Position numbers and translations under genes: made by a program. The notes below the pieces were generated by a model that did no database searches, was not told where the DNA came from, and saw nothing but the letters and a program-made list of their open reading frames with translations. 64,000 bases of DNA from Eledone cirrhosa. Taxonomy: Eukaryota. Each line of letters begins with the position of its first letter. Position 1 is the stretch's first letter. Positions 25,255-36,874 of this stretch are shown here, piece by piece. The DNA lies in contig OZ024741.1 in the NCBI GenBank assembly GCA_964016885.1, forward strand, positions 69,254,001-69,318,000. Reading direction: 5' to 3'.

Positions 25255-27679
25255 TTAAGCACAGAAATGGATTGGGATGGTTAGAGTTAGGTATGGTGTC
25301 TAAAGTTGATAATGATTACAAAGATTTAATAATTAAATTCATACACCCTCCATACCCAGGTAATTCTTTTTCATGACTAAGATGTGAGGAAGACTGAACA
25401 TAACTCGCGTGCGTGTCTGATAGTGCACATGTTCACCCACCCTCTCCTATCAAGTGACAAGGAACTATTTTATGTTTGTGTGTCTCACGTGGGATGACTC
25501 ACATGCCTACATGACTTGCATGCTCTGTCTTTTCTATAACCACTCTTGTTTTGTACAAAGTAAAGTTGGACTCTATTGTATGGCTGGGCATCTTAAACAG
25601 AGATCCTAGAATTTAACAGTCCAATTGTCAACAGCAGACTCTTTAAAACACAAGATATGAAGATGTCTCTAAAGTCAGTCTTGAGCCTGGAGGCTCATCA
25701 GGCTGGTGCTTATCCTGGTTTCTATGGTGTGAAGTGACAGAGTACAAGACTCTCTCCTGGACAGGACGCCAGTTCATACCAAGTTTAAACCCCCAGCATT
25801 TGCTGGTACTCATTTTCGGCTGAGTATACTGAAAAAATGTGAAATGAAGTGTTTTTCTCAAGAACACAACACACAACCCAGTCCAGGAATTGAACCCATA
25901 ACATTATGGTCATCGCCACATGCTTCCACTTATGGGGATATGTTGTGTGCCAATTACAAATATCATTTCTATCATAAAAACACCATTGCTTTCTTCAACA
26001 TCTGCAAGACAATATATTCTAGATGTGTGTCATTCAAATCATATTAAACAGCATTGGTCAATAATCAAACAGTATGCACAATTATTCTTAAGTTTGAAAT
26101 TATTTTCTACATCACCTTCAAGTGATGTCGTTATGTTTTGTTTTTCTGTACATACTTGTATATAAATTATATGTTATACTGGTGTCATTATTATTCCATT
26201 TGAAGTATCAGTATTGAACACAAGATAATCTTACCTTGGAGCAATAATAATTTACCTTAGTTTTAAACTAGAGGTTAAGTAGACAATTTAAATATAAAAC
26301 TCTCCATTAATTTTGATATAATTTTGATGGTGAAGTAATGCATTAAACAAGAATAGGTTAGCAATATATTAAAGTAGGATTTACTTATTTTCATTTTTCA
26401 CTACAATCACTCTCTAGTGGTTAATGTCTAATATATAATGAAGCTTAAGAGAACCAAAGACAATGTTTGCATGGATTAAATTACAGCTAAATAGTTTTAT
26501 TCAGTATACAATTGACCCTCATTGAACTTGGGCATCAAGAGACATTTTCAAATTTGGTTGGTCAGTTCTCAAGATTTCAAATTTCTTGTCTTATTTCAAA
26601 ATAACTCTAAAATGGATATTTTGAAATTCCTCTTACCAAAATTGCTGGTTACCAAATTTCTATATGAAGAACAATATGAGATATTGAGAAATTGATACGT
26701 TTGTGAGAATTCAAGATGTCTGTGATAACTGGAATTAGTTGGTTTCTGGTGAAATTTTGAAACGCGATATCTTAGGAATAAAACATAACCACACACTCAA
26801 ATTTTGCAATTTTTATTTTTTATTTTTACTTAGTCAAAACATTGGCTAAAGGTCATCAAAATACAATGATGTTGGTGTTGGACTCTGCCCACATTGAAGT
26901 GGAATCACCCATATATATATATGTATATATGTATGTATGTATATGTATGTATATATTATGTAAATGTGGTTGGTGTTAGGAAGGGCATCCAGCTGTAGAA
27001 AACCCGCCAGACAGTCCTATGCGAGCAAGACAATCACTCTTGCCTCAAGTGGGAAAACCCCCGTCCAAACCCATGCAAGCGTGGAACACGGACGTTAAAC
27101 ATTGATGATGATGATGATATATGTATGTATATATTATTATCACTGTTTAACATCCATTTTCAATGCCAGCATGAGTTGGACAAGTTGTCCCGTTGTAAGA
27201 CAAGTCAGATCAAATAACCATGTCTTGCTCATACGGAACTGTTTCTGGCTTGGTTTCTATGGCTGGATACCCATCTTAACAGCAACTACATTTACAGCAT
27301 GGACTGGTTCCTTTTTATCATGGCACCAAAATGACAACTAGCTTAGTTCAATCAATTTATATCTCATAATTACTGTATAGGTAATATACCTACTGGTTAG
27401 ACATTGCTATAGGGCAGGCTACAGTAAGGTAGGCAGATGTTTGGGTAAATCTTTAGTTTCAGATATATATTTGCAATAATATAAATTTTCCTTAAATTCA
27501 TGAGAATTTTGTAACAGTGTTATTTCTACCTACGGGATAATACCTTGACCCACAAATGTTGACCTGTTATCCGTGAAAAACTAGGGTCGACTTTTATACG
27601 AGATCTCTGGAAAATTCCAGATATTTTGGCCAAAAATATATACTCGAGTATATACAGTATGTATTTTGTATTATATATG

Positions 27680-27760
<81 letters not shown>

Positions 27761-27763
<3 letters not shown>

Positions 27764-27937
27764 AATGAGTCAGGGCCCCCGATGGCTGAGCTCTTGCCCT
27801 TTCAATTAGCTCTTGAAACGGCAACAGCTCAGCCGTCAGGGTCCTGACTCATTCATATAACCATACTCTACTACACTATATTGAGTACTCTTGTGAGTAA
27901 TGGTCTAACAAGTTTCTTACTGAATCCATCTTGATTT
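27761..27937. other. Long hairpin element (copy 1); homolog at 54737-54915
   Basis: ATGAATGAGTCAGG..GATGGCTGAGCT.TTGCC.TTTCAA-loop-TTGAAA.GGCAA.AGCTCAGCCGTC..CCTGACTCATTCAT followed by a conserved ~80 nt tail. Confidence 0.8.
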
Positions 27938-27962
27938 ATATATATGCATATAAATATATATA

Positions 27963-28460
27963 TCTTAACTATAATAAAGAAAGGAGTGCAGGACTGCATC
28001 TAGAATATATTTTTTTATCCCGTTTGTAAAATAAGTTGGATTACTTTGAATAAATAATGAATGAATATTACATAATTTATGTGCTAAATTTGGTGGCTGT
28101 TGATTAAATATATTTTATAGCTTATTTAAAGATTCACTTCTTTAACATTTTCAAATGTCAACACTTCCGGTTAGCGGCCGTTATATTATAACACTTATAA
28201 AAATATTGCATATATTTCCGTCGCAAATTTTCTCCTAATGCAGTTTATATATAATATCGTCTTTTTTTAATGTATCATGGATTACTTTACTGATTACAGA
28301 AGACAGTGTAACACAGTCTTCGTTCATTTTCTGTGTATATTGTCAATTGCGATTTTATTTGATGTATCATATCTACATACATATATACTTGCGTATAATA
28401 TCAATATACACACTACACATGCTAGCAGAAAAACCACCCGAATGGTGGTTTTTCTGCTAA
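27963..28460 (+). mobile_element. Non-autonomous Helitron-like element
   Basis: A|TC start (TCTTAACTATAATAAAG), 3' hairpin AGCAGAAAAACCACCCGAATGGTGGTTTTTCTGCT, CTAA|T end. Confidence 0.6.
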
Positions 28461-28481
28461 TATATATATATATATATAAAT

Positions 28482-29183
28482 ATAAATTCAGCGGGAATCG
28501 CATTTCGGCGGGTAGAAAAACTGAAACGAAACACAAAATCAGTTATGCTAGCAAGCGCTCCATAGTTTAAAAACCAGAGCTAAACAATATGTTAAAACAC
28601 CATACAAACTGAAAAAGTGGTCAAGAAGGCATTAACCACCTAAGCCCCAAAAAACAATCAAGCTAAACAGGTCAAACAAAATAAATGATAAAAACAGACC
28701 TGGACCCATTGGAATTGATGGTAAAATCCAAATGCAGGGTTTCTATGACACCTAAATCAATAATGCTGTCTGCTTAAAACTATAAGCTTTTGGTATAATG
28801 ATTGAACAAGGAATATCACATTATCAACAGGTATTTTGCTCTGCACCAACTTTGTGAATGATGTAGAGCTTTGTAAAAGCACATGTGTAACTCACAAGGG
28901 GAAAAACCCCAGATTTTGGCAAATGAATTCAGTATGTGTATATCATGCAAAAAATTGCATAAATAACACAAATCGAATAAGCACTCAACTGGGTAGTTTT
29001 TAAAATAAACTTATGCAATTTAATCTGTCAATAGAATTATTAACAGGTTAACTGTAAGACTCTGGAGATTAATATAAATTCAGAGAGAATCGCATTTCGG
29101 CGGGTAGAAAAAGCAAAACGAAACGCAAAATCAGAGTTATGCTGGCAAGCGCTCCATAGTTAAAAAACCAGAGCTAAACAATA
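28482..29183. repeat. Segment bounded by ~108 bp direct repeats
   Basis: ATAAATTCAG..GAATCGCATTTCGGCGGGTAGAAAA..GCAAGCGCTCCATAGTT.AAAAACCAGAGCTAAACAATAT at ~28482-28590 and ~29074-29183. Confidence 0.8.
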
Positions 29184-29210
29184 TATATATATATATTTAT
29201 ATATTTATAA

Positions 29211-29540
29211 TGGAGGCACATGGCTCAGTGGTTAGAGCATTGGCCTTGTAATCGAAAGGTTGTTAGTTCAATTCTCAGACTGGATGATGTGTTGTTTCCT
29301 TGAGCAAGACGCTTTATTTCACATTGCCCCAGTTTACTCAGCTGTAGAAATGAGATGATAGGACTAGGTTCCCTATCATTCCACTGTAAAGTGGATGTGT
29401 AGGCGCCACAGCAAAAAAGCACCCAGCACTCACTGTAAATGAGGTTGGTGTTGGTGTTAGGAAGGGCATCCAGCTGTAGGAATCAAGCCAGAATCAGTTC
29501 CCGTCCCACCCTTGCAAGCAGGGAAAAGCGGACGTAAAAT
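29211..29540 (+). mobile_element. SINE family B, full length
   Basis: As for 22134. Confidence 0.9.
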
Positions 29541-29978
29541 CATCATCATTACATATATATATATATATATACACATACATACATATATGTATATGTATAT
29601 ATATGTATATATATGTATATGTGTATATATATGTATATGTATGTATATGTGTATATATATGTATATGTATATGTGTATATATATGTATATGTGTATATAT
29701 ATATATATATGAATATGCATGTATATGTGTATATATATATATATGAATATGTATGTGTATATGTATATATATATATATATATGAATATATATGTATATGT
29801 GTATATATATGTATATGTGTATATATATGTATATCTGTATATATGTATATGTATATGTATATATATATATGTATATGTATATGTGTATATATATATATAT
29901 ATATGAATATGTATATGTATATATATATATATATATATGAATAATATAAGATTAAAAGATGGTTAAAAGAGTTCCAAG

Positions 29979-30049
29979 TATTTTATTATGCGCATTTCAA
30001 AAACAAATATCATCATGAGATGATATCTGCGTTTTCATCAGATAAAATA
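29979..30049 (-). ncRNA. Type I hammerhead ribozyme in the 3' pLTR
   Basis: Minus: TATTTTAT-CTGATGA-AAACGCAGATATCATC-TCAT-GATGATATTTGTTTTT-GAAA-TGCGCA-TA-ATAAAATA; 8-bp stem I, long stem II, palindromic stem III. Confidence 0.85.
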
Positions 30050-31209
30050 GGGATACATGATATCAAGGTTAAAAAACACTTGTGAATAGTGAAGTTTTAA
30101 AACAACATATGGAAAATAATTTAAGATTGATGTGTGATATTTGGAAAAAATGAGGGGTTGGGGGGTTGGAAAGGGTAAGGAAGAGGAGGAGATGAGAGTA
30201 AAGAATGGTGGGGGAGGAGTATAAGAAGGAAGGATGAGAGAGGAGGAGAGATGGGTGATAGAGAGAGAGAGATAGCCTTTACAACTGAGAAAATATATAT
30301 TGTCTCACAGAGAGAAGTTAAAAAGCCGTTCGAAGATAATAGATAATTTAAAAGAATTTGAAATTAAAAGTTGATGAAGAGAAAAAGGGGTTTACGAATA
30401 ATATTAAATTAAGGTTTGTATATTGAAGGGTTTAATAATATGTGCGAAGAAAAGAAATTGTTAATATGTATTATTAAAATAAAAATATCAATGTTATTAA
30501 GGATATAATGTGAAAAGAATTAGAAGAGTGGATGAGTTATGAATTTAGAGGAATTAATTAGTGTTTAAGTTTGTTTTTATGTAATGTAATATGTGTGCGT
30601 AATATATGTAAATAGTTTGTTTAAAAATGAGCGCAGAAAGCAAAGAAGAAAAGAATGTTTAAGGAAGAAAATATCTAACATCAAAATATATATGTTTACA
30701 AAATATTTTCTAATGGTAGTACTATAATATATTAAAGGAAATTAGTTATGGTTTAATTTTGTTTTTATGCATTGTAATATGTAATATGTAAAAGTCAAAC
30801 GAGCATGAAAGGAAGAGATAAGGAACTTAAGGAAGAAAAATCTAACGTAAAAAAATTTTTATGTTTACGAAGGACTATTAAAGGTAATACTATAATGTAT
30901 TTAAAAGATAATAATAATTTTTATGGCCAATGATATGAAGAAAGATGGAAGAGTGGATATGTTGTGGTGAGTAATAAGAATTGAGAAGTAGTTAGGGAGA
31001 AAAAAGTACAGATTAGAGGTTAGAAATTAAAAAGAAAAAAGAAAAGAGGAAGAAAGGAAAGTGATAAAGAGGAATGATATAGAATGAGTAACTTGTATTA
31101 TATAATATATAATAAATAATATTGAAATAAGGTAGAAAGATGGGTATATTTAAAAATATATATATAAGCCTTTGAGAAAAAGGATTTTAAACTAGTAAAG
31201 TATTAGATA

Positions 31210-32039
31210 TTAGCTGTATACTTTATGGAATGTTCTGTGGAATGTATGCAAGCAGAGAGAAAATGAATCAGTGCGTCTATTTATTATAGAATCTAAATTA
31301 GATATAATGGTAAATTTCTCAGATAGGCAAAGATTACATGTTCTGGATAGGGAGGCATTCAAGTAGGGAGAGGCAGAACAAACTTTCCTCCAAGAGATGT
31401 TATAGTTAATATTTTTGTCTTTCAAGGACCATATGAGTTCTGAGAGTGCCGTGTCAGTTCTTTTAAGTTGGTATCTAAAAGACGAATTGTGATTATAAAA
31501 TCTCGCTTTGAAGGAGGTGGAAGTGGAACCGAAATAGGTAAAGGAATTGGTATCAGTTATAACCTTACATTCATAGACTGTTTTTTTCAAGACAATGGTT
31601 ATTGAGAGGACATTTAGTTTTAACAGGGCAATTACAATTGCGATTAGAGAAATTAACAGATTTATTAACAAGTGACCTAGTGTTATTTATAGGAGGAATT
31701 GGATTGGAGACGTTATTTACGATAGGAATAATAGTTTCCTGATTTAGATTGGTATTATGAACATTCAACGAAGTTACGTTTGACGTCGTATTTGAGTTTG
31801 CAGAATCTAGCCTAGAGTTAACAATGATGTCGGGAGTACTACTGCTATTATTATGACACTCAGTGTTGGAAGGATGTGATTTAATATTTAATATTTTATT
31901 GTTGTGTTTAGAGATAATGTTAGAGATGTTGGAGGAGGTGGAATAGGAAAATGTTATTGTATGTTTGTTAAAGATTTTACTATAGATATGTGAGGGAGGG
32001 AAGCATTTATCTAAGGCCCTAAAGAATAGTTTAGGAATC
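31210..32039 (-). pseudogene. Penelope ORF C-terminus: linker with CNC-x5-CPL-x3-C and GIY-YIG endonuclease (frameshift near 31580)
   Basis: IPKLFFRALDKCFPPSH..IFNKHTITFSYS; CNCPVKTKCPLNNHC; VYECKV..YFGST..FKARFYNH..TALS..W..CNLCLSEK. Confidence 0.9.
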
Positions 32040-35000
32040 ATCATCCTCATCATCATCATTTTACGTCCGCTTTTCCCTGCTTGCAAGGGTGGGATGGGTC
32101 TTATTCAGCACAGCATCTCTCCACTCGTCACGGTCCCTCGTCATCTCCACCGTGAGCCTCAATGATCTGAGGTCTGCTCTCACCACCTCCGCCCATGTTT
32201 TTCGTGGTCTACCTCTACCACGTCTTCCTTCAACTGGCATTTCCTGGCACTTCTTCACCCATCGGTCATCCTCCATGCGCATCACATGTCCATACCACCT
32301 CAGTCTCCTCTCCCGTACACTACATTCTATCCCTCTCAGACACAGTTTCTCTCTCAACACATTTATGCTGGGTCGTTCACGCACATTTACACGGCACATC
32401 CAACGGAGCATGCTTGCCTCATTTCTCTCCAGCCGTTGCATATCCTCTGCAGTTTCTGCCCATGTCTCACTACCATGCAGCATCGCGCTCCTCACACAGG
32501 CATCATACAACCGGCCTTTCGTACGCAGGGAGAAACCCTTCTTCGTCAACAGGGGAAGCAGCTCCCTAAACTTCTTCCAACCCGTCCTTATTCTAGATAC
32601 TATGGCCTCGGAACACCCTCCTCCCATGCTAATCTGATCTCCTAGGTACCGGAAGCTATCCACCACTTCTATAGCGCCCTCTCGCATTTGAAAAATGTGT
32701 CTATCAGTGCTGCTACTTCTGTCTAATTTCCCTGTACATCTACTGCATACATATTTCTCTCTACCTGTTAGTTTGCCTGCTATCCCGCTACATCTCTTGT
32801 GTACCCAGGACCTGCATTGTGTGCATTTTATAGAATTTATGCCAGTTCCTTTTCTGCATATCGAACATGGCCATTTCCCTGACGGAATCAGGGTTTTGTC
32901 CTCTTTTCTACTCATCAACACTTTTGTCTTAGCTAGATTTACTCTCAGTCCTCTTGCTTCCAACTGCTGTTTCCATAGCCGGAATTTATTCTCTAGCTCC
33001 TCTACTGATTCTGCTATAAGAGCCAGATCGTCAGCATAGAGAAGTTCCCATGGACAGCCAGTCTTAAACTCCTCTGTTATGGCTTGGAGGACTATAATGA
33101 ACAAGAGCGGGCTGAGGACCGAACCCTGATGTACTCCTACTTGTATCTGGAATTCCTCACTAAACTCCATTCCTACCCTGACTTTACTGAGAGTACCTCT
33201 GTACAAAGTTTGCACTGCCCTCACAAGCCATTCCTCAACACCTAGCTTCCTTAGGGACCACCAGATGATAGATCAGGGTACCCTATCAAAGGCCTTCTCT
33301 AGGTCAACAAAGGCTAAGTATAGTGGCTTATTCTTCTCTAAGAACCTCTCTTGCATTTGTCTCACCAAGAAGAGGGCATCTGTTGTACTCTTCCCAGGCA
33401 CAAAACCAAACTGCATCTCATCTAGTTTGACCCTTTCTCTAATTAGTTGTGCTAAAATCCTTTCTGCCACTTTCATAACCTGATCTATCAGTTTTATACC
33501 CCTATAATTGCTCCTCTCCAAAGCATCCCCTTTACCTTTGTAGCAATTTATGAGAATACTGCTGCACCAGTCTTTGGGTATGACACCACCATATATAGCC
33601 TGATTGATGATGCGTGCAACCAGTTTAGTGCCTACGTCCCCTGATGCCTTCAGCATCTCAGCAACTATTCCCGATGGTCCGGCCGCCTTACCATTTTTCA
33701 TTTCCCTAATCGCCTCTTGGACCCTATATTCATCAATCTCAATAGCTGGTCCCTCTGTCGGATCTACCAAGGGTAATTTCTCTCTCTCCCATTCGTTCTC
33801 CACATTCATCAGTCTCTCATAATAACATTTCCAGGCCTCCTTTTTCTGGTCATTCGTGACACTAAGTACACCGGCATCATCCCGGACACATTTATCTCCA
33901 ACAACATCCTGATTTGCATTGACACACTGCCTTGCAATGTGGAACACCGCACGCCTCTGATCTTCCCATCGCAGAACATTGGCAAACCTCCTAGTCTCTG
34001 CCTCCCTGCGTGCTAAGTACACCTGACGTCTAGCTTCTCTCTTAGTGGCTGTATATTCTTCCCTACTCCCACCCTTTTTCCAAGCCTTCCATGCTAGTCT
34101 TTTGTCTCTAATAGCCTTATCTACTGTGCTGTTCCACCACCAGGTCACTCTCTGTCTGGTTGGAGCTCTGCTCCAGCCACAGGTTTCATCAGTAGCCTGC
34201 AGCAAGTTGTCACGTAAGAACTTCCAGTTATTATCTATGTCATACGTCTCTAAATCGTTTTCTTTTTCGTCATATACATCTTGAAGGGCTTTCCTAAATT
34301 TGTATTTTAGTGAAAGGTCTTTTAGCTTCCAGACCTTTCTTCTCCACACCTTCCTATATGTCTCATTCCATCTCTTGCTTACTGAGATATCACTAACAAC
34401 TAACCTATGCTGTGGGGTACATTCTTCCCCAGGGTATGCCTTGGTATTATACACTATCTGCCTGTCCTGCTGCCTAACTAGCAGGAAGTCAATCTGGCTT
34501 ATGTGCTCACCAGATTTGTAGGTTATTAGGTGATTGGCAGGTTTCTGGAAGTTTGTGTTGCAAATAGTCAATGTACTCGCATCACAAAATTCAAGAAGTC
34601 TCACTCCTTCTTCATTTCTTGAACCGTAACCGTGCCCACCATGTACCCCAGTGTAACCATCCTGGAGCTGTCCAACATGACCATTGAAGTCTCCTGCTAG
34701 CATAACGATGTCTCCGTCCTCTGTCATTGTGGTTGTTTGCAAAAGTTGCTCATAAAAGCAGTCTTTCTCATCTTTGCCTAGGCCTGCTTGGGGAGCATAG
34801 ACTGAGATGATTGTCAGTAGTCTCCTACCTACAACTAATCTAAGCTTAATTATTCGATTACTAACTCGAACTACCTCTATTGTCTTATTGATCCATTTCT
34901 TAGCCAGGAAAATGCCTACTCCCCCTAACCCATCATCCTTACCTACCCAGAATAGCTTATAGCTAAGACGCTTGTCTACGACTAGTCTCGCAGAGGCACC

Positions 35001-35305
35001 TCTCTATCTCACCTCTTGCACGCAGCACACATCCACCTGCCTTCTCTCCAGCATATCTACCTCTGAGAGTGCCAACATTAAGTGTTGCAACTCTGAGATG
35101 CGACGTCTTCATATTTTCCTATGCTGTTTTGTTGCTGTGCTGATATGCTTTTTGGCATTGATACACTGGTTGGATGCCCTTCCTAACACCAGCGCCACTT
35201 TACAGCATGGACTGGGTGCTTTTATTTGTGCCACCAGCACTAGAGAGGATGTCTTACTAGACTCAAGGGCCCTCTCTACCCCTCCATTTTACAGCATGGT
35301 CATTA
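32040..35305 (-). mobile_element. Near full-length RTE-clade LINE, family A
   Basis: ~190 bp 5' UTR, single ~3 kb APE-RT frame, (ATG)n tail at 32040-32060. Confidence 0.95.
32061..35112 (-). pseudogene. RTE ORF: AP endonuclease, reverse transcriptase, PHD-like Cys cluster; disabled by two nonsense changes and a small 5' deletion
   Basis: ATG at 35112 MKTSHLRVATLNVGTL; VQEVR*RG (TAG 35004-35006); ISVYAPQ, AGDFNGH, QIDFLL, PQHRLV; QFGFVPG, DLEKAFDRVP* (TGA 33273-33275), GVHQGSVLSP, LYADD; track ORFs 33273-34742 and 32061-33224 are in the same frame. Confidence 0.93.
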
Positions 35306-35367
35306 AAAAAAAACAAAAAAAAAACAAAAACTTATTGACACGACGCACACACAAACACTCATACACC

Positions 35368-36540
35368 AAAGGAGCATTATACCAGATTATATTTTTGTAT
35401 CTAGGTCTTTTATTTAAGTTATTGGAATGAACATAATTAATTATTTTACTGTAAGACCTTCTAGGATTGGTTTCTTTACTGTATTTAAATTTATCAAGAT
35501 AACCGGCTTTAGAAAGCACATTATTATAGAAATTGGCGTTAGCATCAAAGATATTTTTTATTGGAGGATAGGTTTGATATTCCTTTTCCAATATTACTAA
35601 CTATAGCATTTTTAATGTCAGTGGGGTGGTTAGATTTAAAATTAACATAATTTAGATTCTCATTGTTTTTATGGTAAGGGTAATATAGGCCAGTGTCAAG
35701 ATTAAGGGATATATCCAAGAAGTTAGCTAGTTTGACGTTGTTATCAAATTCGATTTTAAGGTTATGTTGCTTAAAGAGATCATGTATATTGTTCTTAATA
35801 ATATTAAGGTTAACTAAATTGCAATTTAAGATAGTAAAAAGTCCATCGTCACGATAAATTCCACCGCGAAGTTGAGGAATTTTCAGATTTAAAGAATTCA
35901 AAATAAAAATACCAATCAAATCAGTCAATTGCGATGAATTGGAAGCACCCATTGTGATATCAAAGTTGTTGGAGGTATCAGCTTTAGTCCAGTATTCATT
36001 GTTGAATTCTAAGATGGTTTTTCTTGCGGTGAGAATGATGTTAAGTTCATCTGTGGTGATGTTAGAATATTTAAATGCGAAAGATAGAGCATTGTTGAGA
36101 AGTGAAGGCGAAATAGAAGAATAGTAGCTGGCAATATCAAATTGAATAAATTTTTGTTTGTTTTTCTTATTCAGGTTTTTGAACCAGCCAATTACTTCAG
36201 ATGTACCAAACCATAAATTTAAATTAGAAATAGAGCAATTAGAACGAACCTGTGAGATAGTACTATCCAAGATGGCTTTACTAACAACCCCCAGATCTGA
36301 TTTAGAGGGGGCGATTAGTCTAACAGGTAGTTCCGTTTGAAAATTACTTTTATGATCCTTGAGATTTATCCTCGGAGTTCTTGGGAGGAATGGTTCGGTC
36401 TTTTTTTCAATGCCAAGTTTTGACATAATCTCAGAAGCTTCAAAGTTTATAGATTCCAAATTGTCATGGTTAGTTTTACGATATTTCTTCCTGAGTTCTT
36501 TAAGGATAAGGTTATTATAGTTATCCCTAGATACACCATA
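35368..36540 (-). pseudogene. Penelope reverse transcriptase domain (frameshift near 35580)
   Basis: LKDHK..PVRLIAPSKS, FIQFDIASYYSSI, ITMGASNSSQLTDLIG, IYRDDGL, FLDISLNL, YVNFKSNHP, NIIWYNAP. Confidence 0.92.
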
Positions 36541-36614
36541 TAAATTATTTTTCATATGTTGATTTAAAACTTCACTATTCACAAGTGTTTTTTAACCTTC
36601 ATATCATGTATCCC

Positions 36615-36685
36615 TATTTTATCTGATGAAAATGCAGATATCATCTCATGATGATATTTGTTTTTGAAATGCGCATAATAAAGTA
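36615..36685 (+). ncRNA. Type I hammerhead ribozyme in the inverted 5' pLTR
   Basis: TATTTTAT-CTGATGA-AAATGCAGATATCATC-TCAT-GATGATATTTGTTTTT-GAAA-TGCGCA-TA-ATAAAGTA. Confidence 0.83.
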
Positions 36686-36808
36686 CTTGGAACTCTTTTA
36701 ACCATCTTTTGATCTTATATTATTTATACTCCACTCCTACAAACTGTAGAGTGCTACTTATCCGAGTGCTTTATTGTGCTACAATAAAACTCACCTCCTA
36801 CATATATA

Positions 36809-36874
<66 letters not shown>

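Larger units (their letters stand above)
29937..36800 (-). mobile_element. Penelope-like retroelement (RT + C-terminal GIY-YIG), 5'-truncated with inverted pseudo-LTR, interrupted by an RTE LINE
   Basis: RT and endonuclease ORF pieces below; 29937-30123 is the reverse complement of 36540-36727; (TA)n on both flanks. Confidence 0.9.

Noticed and set aside
33273-33275. In-frame TGA in the RTE ORF as selenocysteine/readthrough
   Set aside because: Position is Arg in family B (DRVPRSIIWW); simple CGA>TGA decay, and a second stop (TAG for Trp) exists upstream
32089-34521. Plus-strand ORFs overlapping the RTE (also 62839-63762)
   Set aside because: Antisense shadows of the LINE coding frame
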